A stretch of 64,000 bases of DNA, from assembly GCA_963709295.1 (NCBI GenBank), contig CAVPVW010000003.1:403283-467282 (forward strand), written 5' to 3'. Under the pieces are notes generated by a model that worked only from the letters and a program-made list of their open reading frames with translations, searched no databases and was not told the DNA's origin. Origin of the DNA: an uncultured Chloroflexia bacterium. GTDB lineage: Bacteria; Chloroflexota; Anaerolineae; Anaerolineales; Villigracilaceae. Below, piece by piece: positions 37,727-46,975 of this stretch. Within the stretch, counting starts at the first letter, position 1; each line of letters begins with the position of its first letter. The position numbers and the translations under genes were made by a program.

Positions 37727-38524
37727 ATGAAAAAGATATTCCTTGTATTGGGTGCCCTGGTGATTGCCAGCATGGTTCTTGCAGCATGCGGATCGACCGC
37801 CGCAGAACAATCAGGCGGAACAGCCATGGAAGGTCTTCCTGACCTAAAGGGCCAGAAGGTTGTTGTCGCTGTTGAAAACGCCTACCCGCCTTTCAACATG
37901 ATTGACGAAGCGACGGGCAAAGGAGTTGGCTGGGACTACGATTCAGTCATCGAAATTTGCAAACGGATCAATTGCGTTCCTGAATTCCAGCAAGCCGCCT
38001 GGGATGGCATATTCCCCGCCATGGCAGCCGGCGAATATGATTGGCTGGCGGACGGTGTGACGTTCACCGAAGAAAGAGACAAGGAAGTGGATTTTTCCAC
38101 ACCCTATGTGACGATTGGACAAGTCCTTCTCGTTCGAGCCGATGAGACTGCCTCGCTTGAAGATTTCAAGAGCAACGCCGAAAAGTTGGTTGGCACGCAA
38201 CTCGGAACAACGAATGAGATCGTCGCCAAAGAAACATTCCCGGACAAGGAAATTCAATCTTTCGAAGATTTCCCCGGCGCCATATTGGCACTCCTATCGG
38301 GCGATATTGATGCCGTCGTTATAGACAACCTATCTGCAGGCGGTTTCATCGCTGAGAATGCCGGAAAAATCAAATCGGCTTCTCAAATAACGTCCGACGA
38401 ACAATTGGCTTTTGTCTTCCCCCCAGGGAGCGAACTGGTCGCCGCGGTCAACGCTGCGCTTGCCTCCATGGAAGCCGATGGCACCCTTGAAGCTCTCAAT
38501 AAAGAGTGGGGTCTTTCACAATAA
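37727..38524 (+). CDS. Polar amino-acid ABC transporter substrate-binding lipoprotein (family 3 SBP)
   Basis: Lipobox LAAC, then SBP_bac_3 motifs ([31 protein letters not shown]). AAAGGAGAGAATGAG RBS. Confidence 0.7.
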   Translation: MKKIFLVLGALVIASMVLAACGSTAAEQSGGTAMEGLPDLKGQKVVVAVENAYPPFNMIDEATGKGVGWDYDSVIEICKRINCVPEFQQAAWDGIFPAMAAGEYDWLADGVTFTEERDKEVDFSTPYVTIGQVLLVRADETASLEDFKSNAEKLVGTQLGTTNEIVAKETFPDKEIQSFEDFPGAILALLSGDIDAVVIDNLSAGGFIAENAGKIKSASQITSDEQLAFVFPPGSELVAAVNAALASMEADGTLEALNKEWGLSQ

Positions 38525-38570
38525 ATCCATACCCGCCGTTTCTGAATGCTCACGTAAAAGGGTGATATCT

Positions 38571-38603
38571 AACCGGATGGGGGCATGACTCTCCCATCCG
38601 GTT
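38571..38603 (+). other. Intercistronic stem-loop (11-bp perfect stem, 11-nt loop) between the SBP and permease genes
   Basis: AACCGGATGGG...CCCATCCGGTT followed by only a weak U-tract. Typical placement for a partial terminator or mRNA stabilizer giving SBP excess. Confidence 0.5.
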
Positions 38604-38622
38604 TATCCCTTCCCAGGAAATT

Positions 38623-39498
38623 TTGCGAGGAACGATGACAACCGAAACCCTTGAAACGCGTAAAACACCCGGAATGCTCAAGGATGGCGTAGACCCCTCA
38701 AAATGGCCGTGGTGGGCGATCATTCTGGTTTTTGCAGGAATTCTTTTTTCGGTTGTCCTGATTGTAAATCCCAAATACAATGAGACGTTTAAATACCTGA
38801 TCGATGGCGTTATTGTTACGCTGCGGGTTACCATCTCCGCCTATGTATTAGCGACAATCATCGGGTTGCTGGTGGGGTTAGCCCGTGTTTCAAAGAATGT
38901 CATTGTCTACAATATTGCGACTTTGTACGTCGAGGTCGTGCGTGGAATTCCAATGATTGTTCTGATTTTGTATTTTGCCTATGCACTTATCCCTCTGGTC
39001 GTTGACGGCGTACACGGTTTGGGCAACCTGGGTTTAGTGCTCCTACCCGGGAGTGGTTTTTTTACTGGATTAGCGAATATGAGTATTCGATCGATTCCAA
39101 CGGAGGTACGGGGCATCCTTGCGCTGGCCATTGGATATGGCGCTTTTGAAGCTGAGGTTTTTCGGGCAGGCATCGAATCCATCGGTAAGGGGCAGATGGA
39201 GGCCGCCAAATCCCTCGGTATGACCTACCTGCAATCGATGCGCTTTGTGATCCTGCCGCAAGCCATTCGCCGGGTCCTGCCCCCTTTGGGAAATGATTTC
39301 ATCGCCATGCTGAAAGACTCTGCCCTCCTGACCGTTCTGGCGATCAATGAGCTGACTCAGCTTAGCCGGTTGAGGCGGGCGAGCACTTTCCAGATCATGA
39401 TTACGTTCAATGTTACGGCTTTCTTGTACCTCTCAATGACGTTAATCCTGTCTGCAGCGGTAAGGTGGCTTGAGAAGAAAATGAGGATTGAGGAATAA
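38623..39498 (+). CDS. Polar amino-acid ABC transporter permease (His/Glu/Gln/Arg/opine family)
   Basis: BPD_transp_1 fold with the EAA-like loop (EAAKSLGMTYLQSMRFVILPQAIRRVLPPL). Start is ambiguous (TTG 38623 or ATG 38635). No ATPase gene adjacent. Confidence 0.7.
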   Translation: MRGTMTTETLETRKTPGMLKDGVDPSKWPWWAIILVFAGILFSVVLIVNPKYNETFKYLIDGVIVTLRVTISAYVLATIIGLLVGLARVSKNVIVYNIATLYVEVVRGIPMIVLILYFAYALIPLVVDGVHGLGNLGLVLLPGSGFFTGLANMSIRSIPTEVRGILALAIGYGAFEAEVFRAGIESIGKGQMEAAKSLGMTYLQSMRFVILPQAIRRVLPPLGNDFIAMLKDSALLTVLAINELTQLSRLRRASTFQIMITFNVTAFLYLSMTLILSAAVRWLEKKMRIEE

Positions 39499-39532
39499 AC
39501 CACATATTTCAGAAGGATTGAAAAATATATAA

Positions 39533-39558
39533 AGCCGCCCAAATGGCGGCTTTATTTC
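39533..39558. terminator. Bidirectional rho-independent terminator (serves the permease gene and the tRNA-Leu)
   Basis: AGCCGCC / GGCGGCT 7-bp GC stem, 5-nt loop, T-tract on the plus strand and TTTATATATTTTT on the minus strand. Confidence 0.65.
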
Positions 39559-39564
39559 AAAGAG

Positions 39565-39646
39565 TGCGCTGGGAGGGACTTGAACCCTCACGCCTTGCGG
39601 CACATGGCCCTCAACCATGCCTGTCTGCCAATTCCAGCACCAGCGC
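39565..39646 (-). tRNA. tRNA-Leu (anticodon GAG), class II with long variable arm. CCA not encoded.
   Basis: Minus-strand sequence GCGCTGG TG CTGGAATTGGCAGACAG GCATGG TTGAGGG CCATG TGCCGCAAGGCGT GAGGG TTCAAGT CCCTC CCAGCGC A. It folds into a cloverleaf with a 7-bp acceptor stem, 5-bp anticodon stem, U33, anticodon GAG, G37 and GTTCAAGTC T-loop. Close to E. coli tRNA-Leu. Confidence 0.8.
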
Positions 39647-39657
39647 GGGCAGGACGT

Positions 39658-39685
39658 ATTATAATCACGTTCGCTTGTCTGTCAA
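39658..39685 (-). promoter_or_regulatory. Consensus sigma70 promoter for tRNA-Leu: TTGACA, 16 nt, TATAAT
   Basis: Minus-strand reading TTGACAGACAAGCGAACGTGATTATAAT ends ~11 nt before tRNA position 1. Confidence 0.7.
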
Positions 39686-39727
39686 GCAATGATTCGTACG
39701 TTACCGCCGCAAAAAGGAGCACGCCGA

Positions 39728-40747
39728 ATGACACGAATAGTTGTGGATGCCATGGGAAGCGATACGCACCCCGTACCGGATGTTGAAGGTGCTGTATTAG
39801 CGGCTCGAGAATACGGTATCGAGATCACCCTGGTCGGTGACGAAATGAAAATCAAATCCGAACTAATGAAATATCAAACCAGCGGATTGAAAATCAATAC
39901 GGTTCATGCCCCGGAAATGTTGACGATGGAAGACAAAGGCATGGCGCTGGTATTGAAAGCCCGCCGGCCAAATTCAAGGAACTCCATGGCGGTCGGTATC
40001 GATCTGGTCAAAAATGGCGAAGCTGATGCTTTTGTAACCGCAGGGAATACCGGAGCCGCGACAGTGACCGCCTACTTTCGTTTAGAGACAATCCCTGGCG
40101 TGGAAAGACCCGCGTTGGCGCCAGCTTTTCCAACGGCAAAAGGCTCTTGTGTCGTATTGGATGTCGGCGCCAACCCTGATTGCAAGCCGGAAAACCTTTT
40201 TCAATTTGCAATTATGGGGGCTACCTATGCAGAAAAGGTTCGGAAGGTGAAGAATCCACTCGTCGGCCTGATTTCTAACGGCGAGGAGGCAGGCAAAGGA
40301 TCTCAACTGGTCAAGGATACTTATCCGCTTCTCAAAGGCTCGAATTTGAATTTCTACGGCAACGTGGAAGGCAAGGAAGTGATCGGCGGTGAAGTGGACG
40401 TGGCGGTAACGGATGGCTTCACCGGAAATGTAATGCTGAAATCCTCGGAAGCGGTTGCTAAACTGCTAACCGATAAAATCAAAGAACTGATCAAATCCGG
40501 TCCCCTCACAGCAAAAATCGGGGGAGTGCTTGTCAAACCGACACTTAAAAAACTCAAGAAATTGATGGACCCCAGCGAAGAGGGTGCAGCGCCTCTTCTG
40601 GGTATCAATGGTCTTGTTTTTATAGGGCACGGGCGATCCAATTCGGTCGCGATCAAGAATGCCATTAGAGTTGCCAAAGAAGCTGCCGAAGCCGGCGTCT
40701 TGGAATCGATGAAAATCGCCATAGAGCAGCAACTTGCAGGAAAGTAG
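39728..40747 (+). CDS. plsX: Phosphate acyltransferase PlsX
   Basis: MTRIVVDAMGSD...VDVAVTDGFTGNV family signature. AAAAAGGAG RBS. Followed directly by fabF. Confidence 0.8.
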   Translation: MTRIVVDAMGSDTHPVPDVEGAVLAAREYGIEITLVGDEMKIKSELMKYQTSGLKINTVHAPEMLTMEDKGMALVLKARRPNSRNSMAVGIDLVKNGEADAFVTAGNTGAATVTAYFRLETIPGVERPALAPAFPTAKGSCVVLDVGANPDCKPENLFQFAIMGATYAEKVRKVKNPLVGLISNGEEAGKGSQLVKDTYPLLKGSNLNFYGNVEGKEVIGGEVDVAVTDGFTGNVMLKSSEAVAKLLTDKIKELIKSGPLTAKIGGVLVKPTLKKLKKLMDPSEEGAAPLLGINGLVFIGHGRSNSVAIKNAIRVAKEAAEAGVLESMKIAIEQQLAGK

Positions 40748-42004
40748 ATGGGAATAATGAGTAATCGCCGTGTCGTAATCACAGGGATGGGAGCGGTATC
40801 CGTTCTCGGTACAGGTCTTCGAAAATTCTGGGATGGCTTGATTGCCGGTCGGTCAGGAATTCGGAAGATCACTCAATTTGATGCAAGTTTCCTTCCTTGC
40901 CAAATTGCCGGTGAAGTACCGGATTTTGATCCCGAACAGTTCATGGAGCGAAAAGAAGCCAGGCGGATGGCAAGGTCATCACAAATGGCGCTCGCATCTG
41001 CAAGAATGGCTATTGAAGACGCGGGAATTTCAATTCCCGTACCAGACAAGGAACGGACCGGAGTATCTTTCGGAACAAGCATCGGCGGGCTCGAAAAATT
41101 CGACGAAGGAATCAGCACCTTGCGCTCCCATGGACTTGCGCGGGTCAATCCATTCACCATACCATCCGGGCTCCCCAATGTCCCTGCTTTTCTCATTTCG
41201 CAGCAATTTCAATGTCTGGGACCGAATTCCACCGTAACCACTGCGTGTGCAACCGGGACCCAGGCAGTCGGCGACGGCTTTGAGTTCATCAGACAGGGAC
41301 GTGCAGATTTGGTCGTCGCTGGCGGAACAGAAGCCCTGGTCCAAGATTTTGCCTTAGCCGGTTTTTGCGCCATGCGCGCTTTACCGGTAAATTTCAACGA
41401 CAACCCCACAGAAGCATCGCGCCCATTTAACATTGACCGGGAGGGTTTTGTCTTTTCCGAAGGCAGCGGTTCATTGATCCTGGAAAACCTTGATCACGCC
41501 CTCAGTCGAAATGCGAGAATCTATGCCGAGGTGATTGGGCACGCTTCCTCATGCGATGGCTACAGTATTACCTCGCCGGACCCCGAAGGCGCTGGAGCAA
41601 TTCGAGCCATGCGCTGGGCCTTGGCCGATGGCCATATTGAACCGGCCGAAGTGGACTACATCAACGCGCATGGCACTTCCACGCCTTTGAATGATGCGGG
41701 TGAAACAAATTCCATCAAGAAGGTATTCGGCGATCACGCTTACAAGGTGGCGATCAGCTCCATCAAGTCAATGATCGGACATGCCCTGGGTGCCTCCGGG
41801 GCGTTGGAAGCAATAGCGTGCGCACTCACCATCTACGAGTTGATCATTCCTCCCACAATAAATTATCTAAATCCTGATCCGGTTCTTGACCTGGATTATG
41901 TCCCCAACACGGCACGCAGACAGGATGTTCGCGTGACGCTGTCCAACTCATTCGGCCTGGGAGGCCAAAACGCCTGCCTGGTCCTTAGGAAATACGAAGG
42001 CTAG
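40748..42004 (+). CDS. fabF: Beta-ketoacyl-ACP synthase II
   Basis: RRVVITGMGAVSVLG start. Cys-His-His catalytic layout (ACATGT, HGTST, HALGASG). 418 aa. Confidence 0.8.
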   Translation: MGIMSNRRVVITGMGAVSVLGTGLRKFWDGLIAGRSGIRKITQFDASFLPCQIAGEVPDFDPEQFMERKEARRMARSSQMALASARMAIEDAGISIPVPDKERTGVSFGTSIGGLEKFDEGISTLRSHGLARVNPFTIPSGLPNVPAFLISQQFQCLGPNSTVTTACATGTQAVGDGFEFIRQGRADLVVAGGTEALVQDFALAGFCAMRALPVNFNDNPTEASRPFNIDREGFVFSEGSGSLILENLDHALSRNARIYAEVIGHASSCDGYSITSPDPEGAGAIRAMRWALADGHIEPAEVDYINAHGTSTPLNDAGETNSIKKVFGDHAYKVAISSIKSMIGHALGASGALEAIACALTIYELIIPPTINYLNPDPVLDLDYVPNTARRQDVRVTLSNSFGLGGQNACLVLRKYEG

Positions 42005-42005
42005 C

Positions 42006-42728
42006 ATGAAAGTCATCACGAACGAGAAGCTGATTAAAAAATACAGCAACCTGGGGAAATATCTCAACATCGGCGCGATCGCGATTCTATTCGGCGGCAT
42101 GGCAATTTCATGGCTGCGAATTGACTTGTTTTACCTTGCGATGATCGCGCTCCTGGCTGGTTTTATCCTTTCACAGGTCAGTATATTTTTCATCAATCGT
42201 TGGGGTCGCCGACCGCGTCCGGATGAACGAATTACCAGCCAGCCTCAAAGGGCTGACAAACGATTACACGTTATATCACTACAACACACCTGTTTCACAT
42301 CTCCTGGTTGGACCAGCCGGTGTTTGGACAATTCTGCCTTACTTCCAGCGAGGGACGATCACGTACGAAAAAATCGATGGAAACAAAGAGGAGGCGGTCT
42401 CGGGCTGGCATATCTCAAGGTGTTTGCCCAGGAGGGACTTGGCCGACCTGATCTCAACTCAAAATCCGATGTTGACAAGTTGACCGAATTCTTCACCCAA
42501 GCCTTGGGAGCGGAAATTCCTGAAGTCAAATCTGTCCTGGTATTTACTGACAATCGTGCTGATCTGAAGGTGGAAGGGGCACCCATCCCCACCATGGCCG
42601 CAGAAGACTTAAAGGAATTTATCCGAAAACAGGCGAAGGAAAATTCCATGCCTGGAAGTTTACTCAGCTCGTTAAAATCCAATCTCCCGAAAGAAGAAAA
42701 ACCTGTCAAATCAGATAATGGAAAGTGA
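42006..42728 (+). CDS. Membrane-anchored NERD (nuclease-related domain) protein; the coding sense appears to leave and re-enter frame (two compensating 1-nt indels at ~42230 and ~42395)
   Basis: Two N-terminal TM helices in frame 0. The NERD-like core LKGLTNDYTLYHYNTPVSHLLVGPAGVWTILPYF is readable only in frame +1 (42223-42400). The C-terminal part (EIPEVKSVLVFTDN...) is again in frame 0. Confidence 0.45.
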   Translation: MKVITNEKLIKKYSNLGKYLNIGAIAILFGGMAISWLRIDLFYLAMIALLAGFILSQVSIFFINRWGRRPRPDERITSQPQRADKRLHVISLQHTCFTSPGWTSRCLDNSALLPARDDHVRKNRWKQRGGGLGLAYLKVFAQEGLGRPDLNSKSDVDKLTEFFTQALGAEIPEVKSVLVFTDNRADLKVEGAPIPTMAAEDLKEFIRKQAKENSMPGSLLSSLKSNLPKEEKPVKSDNGK

Positions 42729-42805
42729 TCGACGGGATTTCCACAATACTTGAAAGTCATTAAAATCTTCCCACTTAATTAAAAGCATCCAGGTATATAT
42801 TCGTC

Positions 42806-45602
42806 ATGGCTTCCATTGTATCGATCGATATCGAAACCACCGGGCTCGATTCCAATAAAGATGTCATTATTGAGATCGGAGCGGTGAAATTTAAAGATCA
42901 TCGCATTGAAGATGAGTTCTCGACCCTGATTAACCCGGGAAGACATATCCCTGAATTCATCACTCAGCTGACTGGGATATCGGATGAAATGGTCCGCCAG
43001 GCACCGCGTATTCAGGAGGTCATAGACGAACTTGAGGCATTTGTCGGCGATTCAATTATCCTGGGTCACAATGTACGTTTCGATCTGGGTTTTCTCCAAA
43101 AGCACAAGATATTGCAATTCAATGAGGTCATTGATACTTACGAACTGGCCTCTGTCTTGCTGCCGACAGCCAGCAGATACAACCTCGGTGCCTTAGGGCA
43201 GCTGCTTGCGATTCCGCTTCCCGCAACGCATCGCGCACTGGATGACGCGCGTGTGACCCATCGCGCCTACGTATGCCTACACGAATACGGAAGGGAGCTC
43301 CCGCTCGATGTGCTTGCTGAAATCACTCGACTTGGCGAGCCGCTCGACTGGGATGCAAATCCCTTTTTTCAACAACTGATGAGGCTCCGCGCCAAGGAAG
43401 GCATCGCCAAGAAATCCGTCAGGCGCAGTACGCAAGAAAAACTGTTGGCGAATCTGGATTACGTCCGCCAGGAAGTGCTGAAGCCGGTTGATGAACCAAT
43501 TCCCCTCGACCCTGACGAGACTGCATCAATTCTCGAATACGGCGGTCCATTCTCAAAACATTTCGAAGCATTCGAACAACGGCCCGAACAGATCGAGATG
43601 CTGCGCGCCGTAACCGCCGCCCTTTCGCAAGGCCAATCATCTGATGGTTGAAGCCGGCACAGGCGTTGGAAAATCGTTTGCGTACCTTGTCCCGGCTGCC
43701 CTGTTCGCAACGCAGAACAACACGCGCGTGATCGTGTCTACCAACACCATCAACCTGCAGGATCAACTCATTCAGAAGGATATCCCCGCTTTGCGGGAAG
43801 CGCTGCAACTGGATCTGCGCGCAGCGGTACTCAAAGGACGCTCAAATTACCTGTGTCCGCGCCGCTTGGAGATTCTTCGCCACAATGGACCGCGGGATTC
43901 AGAAGAGATGCGTGTGCTTGCGAAGGTCCTGGTCTGGCTGGACGGAGGCGCCAGCGGTGACCGGAATGATATCAATCTCACCCGGCCTGCGGAGAAAGAT
44001 GTCTGGACCAAGATCTCGGCGGAGGACGATGCCTGCACCACCGAAACCTGCCTCGGACGCGAAGGCGGCGCCTGCCCTTTCTACCGGGCAAAACAAGCCG
44101 CTCTCACCTCGCATATCCTTGTTGTGAACCATGCCCTTCTCCTGGCGGACGTCGCTACGGGGAGCAAGGTGCTGCCCGAATACAACTATCTCATCGTTGA
44201 CGAAGCGCACCACCTCGAAGCGGCGACAACAGGTGCCTTGAGCTTCAAACTCACCCAGAATGACCTGGAGCGGATGCTCCGCGAAGTCGGCAGCCATCAG
44301 TCCGGGGTCCTTGGCTTTCTGCTGACTACGATCAAGGACACCATGCGCCCTTCTGATTTTGCGCATTTGAGCCAGGCCGTGCATCGGGCGGGAGAAATGG
44401 CTTTTCGTCTTGAGAATCAGGCCAGGGATTTTTTCTCCACGCTGCAGTATTTCATCAGCCAGCAAAGGGAGGGGAAACCGCAGAGTCAGTATGCCTATCA
44501 GGAACGGATCCTTCCTTCATCGCGAACACTTCCCGGTTGGGACGAAGTGGAAATTGCCTGGAGCGGCTCCGGTGAAACGCTTCGGTTGTTGTTGAATTTG
44601 ATGGCGGAAATTTATAAAACAGCCAGTGATCTTTACGCTGAAGGGCACGACGAACTCGAGGATGTTAATGGAAGTATCAGTTCCATTTTTCGCCGGTTGT
44701 CCGAAGCGGAAAACAACATCAGCGGGATGATCCACGAGCCTTCGCCGGAGATGATCTATTGGATCGAGATCCAGCCGAACGGTAATCGCTTGTCCCTGCA
44801 AGCTGCCCCGTTAAGAGTAGGGCCTCTCATTGAAAAATATCTATGGCACGAGAAGAACAGTGTCATCCTCGCTTCCGCCACACTGACGGCCGGCGGGGAT
44901 TTCAACTACATCCGCAACACGCTCAATGCCGATGAGGCCGACGAGCTATTCCTTGGTTCACCGTTTGACTACGAAAACTCGACACTCTTATACCTTGCCA
45001 AGGACGTGCCCGAACCCAATGCGCACGGATATCAACAGGCAGTGGACAGGACCCTACTTCATCTTTGTAAAGCCACAGGCGGGCGGACGTTGGTGTTGTT
45101 TACATCGTACGCGCAGTTGAAGCGGACATCCCAGAACATCACCGGTCCTCTCGCAGACGATGGCATTCTTGTTTACGAACAAGGCGAAGGCGCTTCACCC
45201 AACACGCTCCTCGATGCTTTCAAGACCACCGACCGCGCCGTGCTGCTGGGCACCCGCTCCTTCTGGGAAGGCGTGGATATTCCCGGAGAGCAGCTCTCCG
45301 TCGTGGTATTGGTCAAGCTGCCCTTTGATGTCCCTTCAGACCCTCTAATTGCTGCCAGATCCGAGACTTTCGAGGACCCGTTCAACGAATACCAACTCCC
45401 TGAGGCAATTCTCAAATTTAGACAGGGATTCGGGCGCCTGATCCGAACGGCATCCGACCGAGGGGTTGTGGTTGTCCTCGACCGCCGGCTGCTCACCAAG
45501 CCCTACGGGCGATCATTTATCGAATCATTGCCGCAATGCACATTACGGCAGGGGTCGCTTTCAGACTTGCCAAAACAAGCTGCCAAGTGGCTAAATCTCT
45601 GA
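42806..45602 (+). CDS. dinG: DinG-family ATP-dependent helicase with N-terminal DnaQ-like 3'-5' exonuclease domain (Gram-positive-type DinG); apparent 1-nt frameshift at ~43637-43641
   Basis: Exonuclease motifs (VSIDIETTGLD, HNVRFDLGFL, HRALDDAR) in frame 2. The helicase starts MVEAGTGVGKS (Walker A) in frame 0 immediately after the stop. Includes the DEAH-like box (LIVDEAHHLE), the Fe-S cysteine region (CPRR...C...C..C) and the C-terminal helicase domain. Confidence 0.75.
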
Positions 45603-45764
45603 TCACCGCCTTCCGAAACCAGCCCCCTAACGCTAAAAACTTAAAAAAAGTGCAAATTCCCACAATTTTGTGAAGAATTGCGCTATAATCATTAAGGTTT
45701 CATTAATCTAATGACTTTTGTCATAAGTGTTCGTGATAAATGTGCTTGTCCCTTCATCCCGCGA

Positions 45765-45792
45765 TTGTTTATCATTAAGGGTGGATTATAAT
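45765..45792 (+). promoter_or_regulatory. Sigma70-like promoter TTGTTT, 16 nt, TATAAT in an AT-rich 280-nt leader region upstream of the hexaheme lipoprotein gene
   Basis: Hexamers at 45765-45770 and 45787-45792. ~90-nt 5' UTR, then TAAGGAGA RBS and ATG at 45882. The spacer contains one copy of a TCATTAAGG repeat. Confidence 0.5.
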
Positions 45793-45881
45793 AATATTAA
45801 TCATTTATAAGGAGGAGCGTATAAGAGCACTCACCTGACCTTTACATAGTTTTGCCCAAACTTAACTAAGGAGAATGTAAA

Positions 45882-46895
45882 ATGCATAAGAAAATGTTGT
45901 TGCTCGCAGCTGTTGTTGTAGCCCTTTCGTTCGTCCTGGTTGCCTGCGCCGGCCCCGAAGGCCCGCAAGGACCTGATGGCCCGCAAGGCCCTGCCGGCCC
46001 GCAAGGCGAGCCTGGAGTGATGCCTGCTGCCACTGACCTAACCTGCGCCGAATGCCATAACGATACCCACCTCATTGCCAGCAAGACAGCCGCCTGGGAA
46101 TTGGAAGCGCACGGAAACGGTGGAGCCATGGTAGAAGAATATGGCAATAAAAGCTGCGCGGGCTGCCACTCCGGTAACTCGTTCAGCGCCATGATCGCCG
46201 CAGGCCAGAACTTCAGCCAGGTCGAAGCTGGTGCTACTGAGCCTGCCCGCCAGGACTGCCGCGCCTGCCATCAGGTCCATACCACCTACACCGGTGAGGA
46301 CTGGGCGCTTGAGACCACTGCCCCGGTCACGATGGTCGTGAGTGGTTTGACTTTCGACAAAGGTAACAGCAACCTGTGCGCCAACTGCCATCAGGCACGC
46401 CGTTACATGGCCAATTTCGTCGACAAGACCGATGCGACCAAGTACACGCTCACCAATCCGCGTTTTAATCCTCACCTGAGCGTTCAAGCCGACTTCCTTA
46501 TGGGATCCGGCGGCTCAGGCGTGGAAGGCAAACCCGGCGCGCATTATGCCATGCTTGAAGACTCCTGCGTGGCGTGCCACCTTGGTGAAGGCAACAATCA
46601 CCTCTTTGAGGCGCAGCTTGCCACCTGCGTGGCCTGCCATACCGATGCCGAGAGCCTCGACGTCAACGGCGCTGTAACCAAGATCGAAGAGAGAATGGCC
46701 GAACTCAAGACTGCTCTCCAAGCCGCTGGACTTCTTGATGCGGATGGCGCTGCAGTCCCCGGAACCTACACTGAGGCACAGGCTATTGCACTGTGGAACT
46801 ATGGTGCGATCGAAGAAGACGGAAGCAACGGTGTTCATAATCCGAACTACGTCAATGCCTTGCTTGATGCGGCGTTCGCAGCATTAGGCCAATAA
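45882..46895 (+). CDS. Hexaheme c-type cytochrome lipoprotein with N-terminal collagen-like (Gly-Pro-X) tether
   Basis: Lipobox LVAC at aa 19-22, then GPEGPQGPDGPQGPAGPQGEPG. Six CxxCH motifs (CAECH, CAGCH, CRACH, CANCH, CVACH, CVACH). Confidence 0.75.
   Translation: MHKKMLLLAAVVVALSFVLVACAGPEGPQGPDGPQGPAGPQGEPGVMPAATDLTCAECHNDTHLIASKTAAWELEAHGNGGAMVEEYGNKSCAGCHSGNSFSAMIAAGQNFSQVEAGATEPARQDCRACHQVHTTYTGEDWALETTAPVTMVVSGLTFDKGNSNLCANCHQARRYMANFVDKTDATKYTLTNPRFNPHLSVQADFLMGSGGSGVEGKPGAHYAMLEDSCVACHLGEGNNHLFEAQLATCVACHTDAESLDVNGAVTKIEERMAELKTALQAAGLLDADGAAVPGTYTEAQAIALWNYGAIEEDGSNGVHNPNYVNALLDAAFAALGQ
45951..46016 (+). repeat. Collagen-like coding tandem repeat (7 Gly-Pro-X triplets; near-perfect 9-nt DNA repeat GGCCCGCAAGGNCCT)
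   Basis: Read directly from the sequence. The antisense strand gives a spurious GPCGPSGP ORF. Confidence 0.8.
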
Positions 46896-46933
46896 GCCAT
46901 CCGGGCGCCAGCGACAATTAGCAATTAACAAAA

Positions 46934-46970
46934 TAAAAAAACGGATGCTTCTGCATCCGTTTTTTTATTT
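46934..46970. terminator. Bidirectional rho-independent terminator between convergent genes
   Basis: AAAAAAACGGATGCTTCTGCATCCGTTTTTTTATTT: 8-bp stem, 4-nt loop, A and T tracts on both sides. Confidence 0.8.
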
Positions 46971-46975
46971 ATCGC

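Noticed and set aside
39580-39786. 68-aa ORF on the plus strand
   Set aside because: Overlaps tRNA-Leu(GAG) on the opposite strand and its promoter. Cys/Arg-rich nonsense composition.
42223-42483. Calling the +1-frame 86-aa ORF as a separate small gene
   Set aside because: It encodes the NERD core that belongs to the surrounding membrane protein. It is better explained as the same gene with compensating indels than as a nested gene.
45668-45689. TTGTGA ... TATAAT as a promoter
   Set aside because: Spacer is only 10 nt. The downstream TTGTTT-16-TATAAT pair is the better candidate.
45866-46192. 108-aa minus-strand ORF with GPCGPSGP repeats
   Set aside because: It is the antisense reading of the collagen-like repeat and heme-motif region of the hexaheme cytochrome gene.
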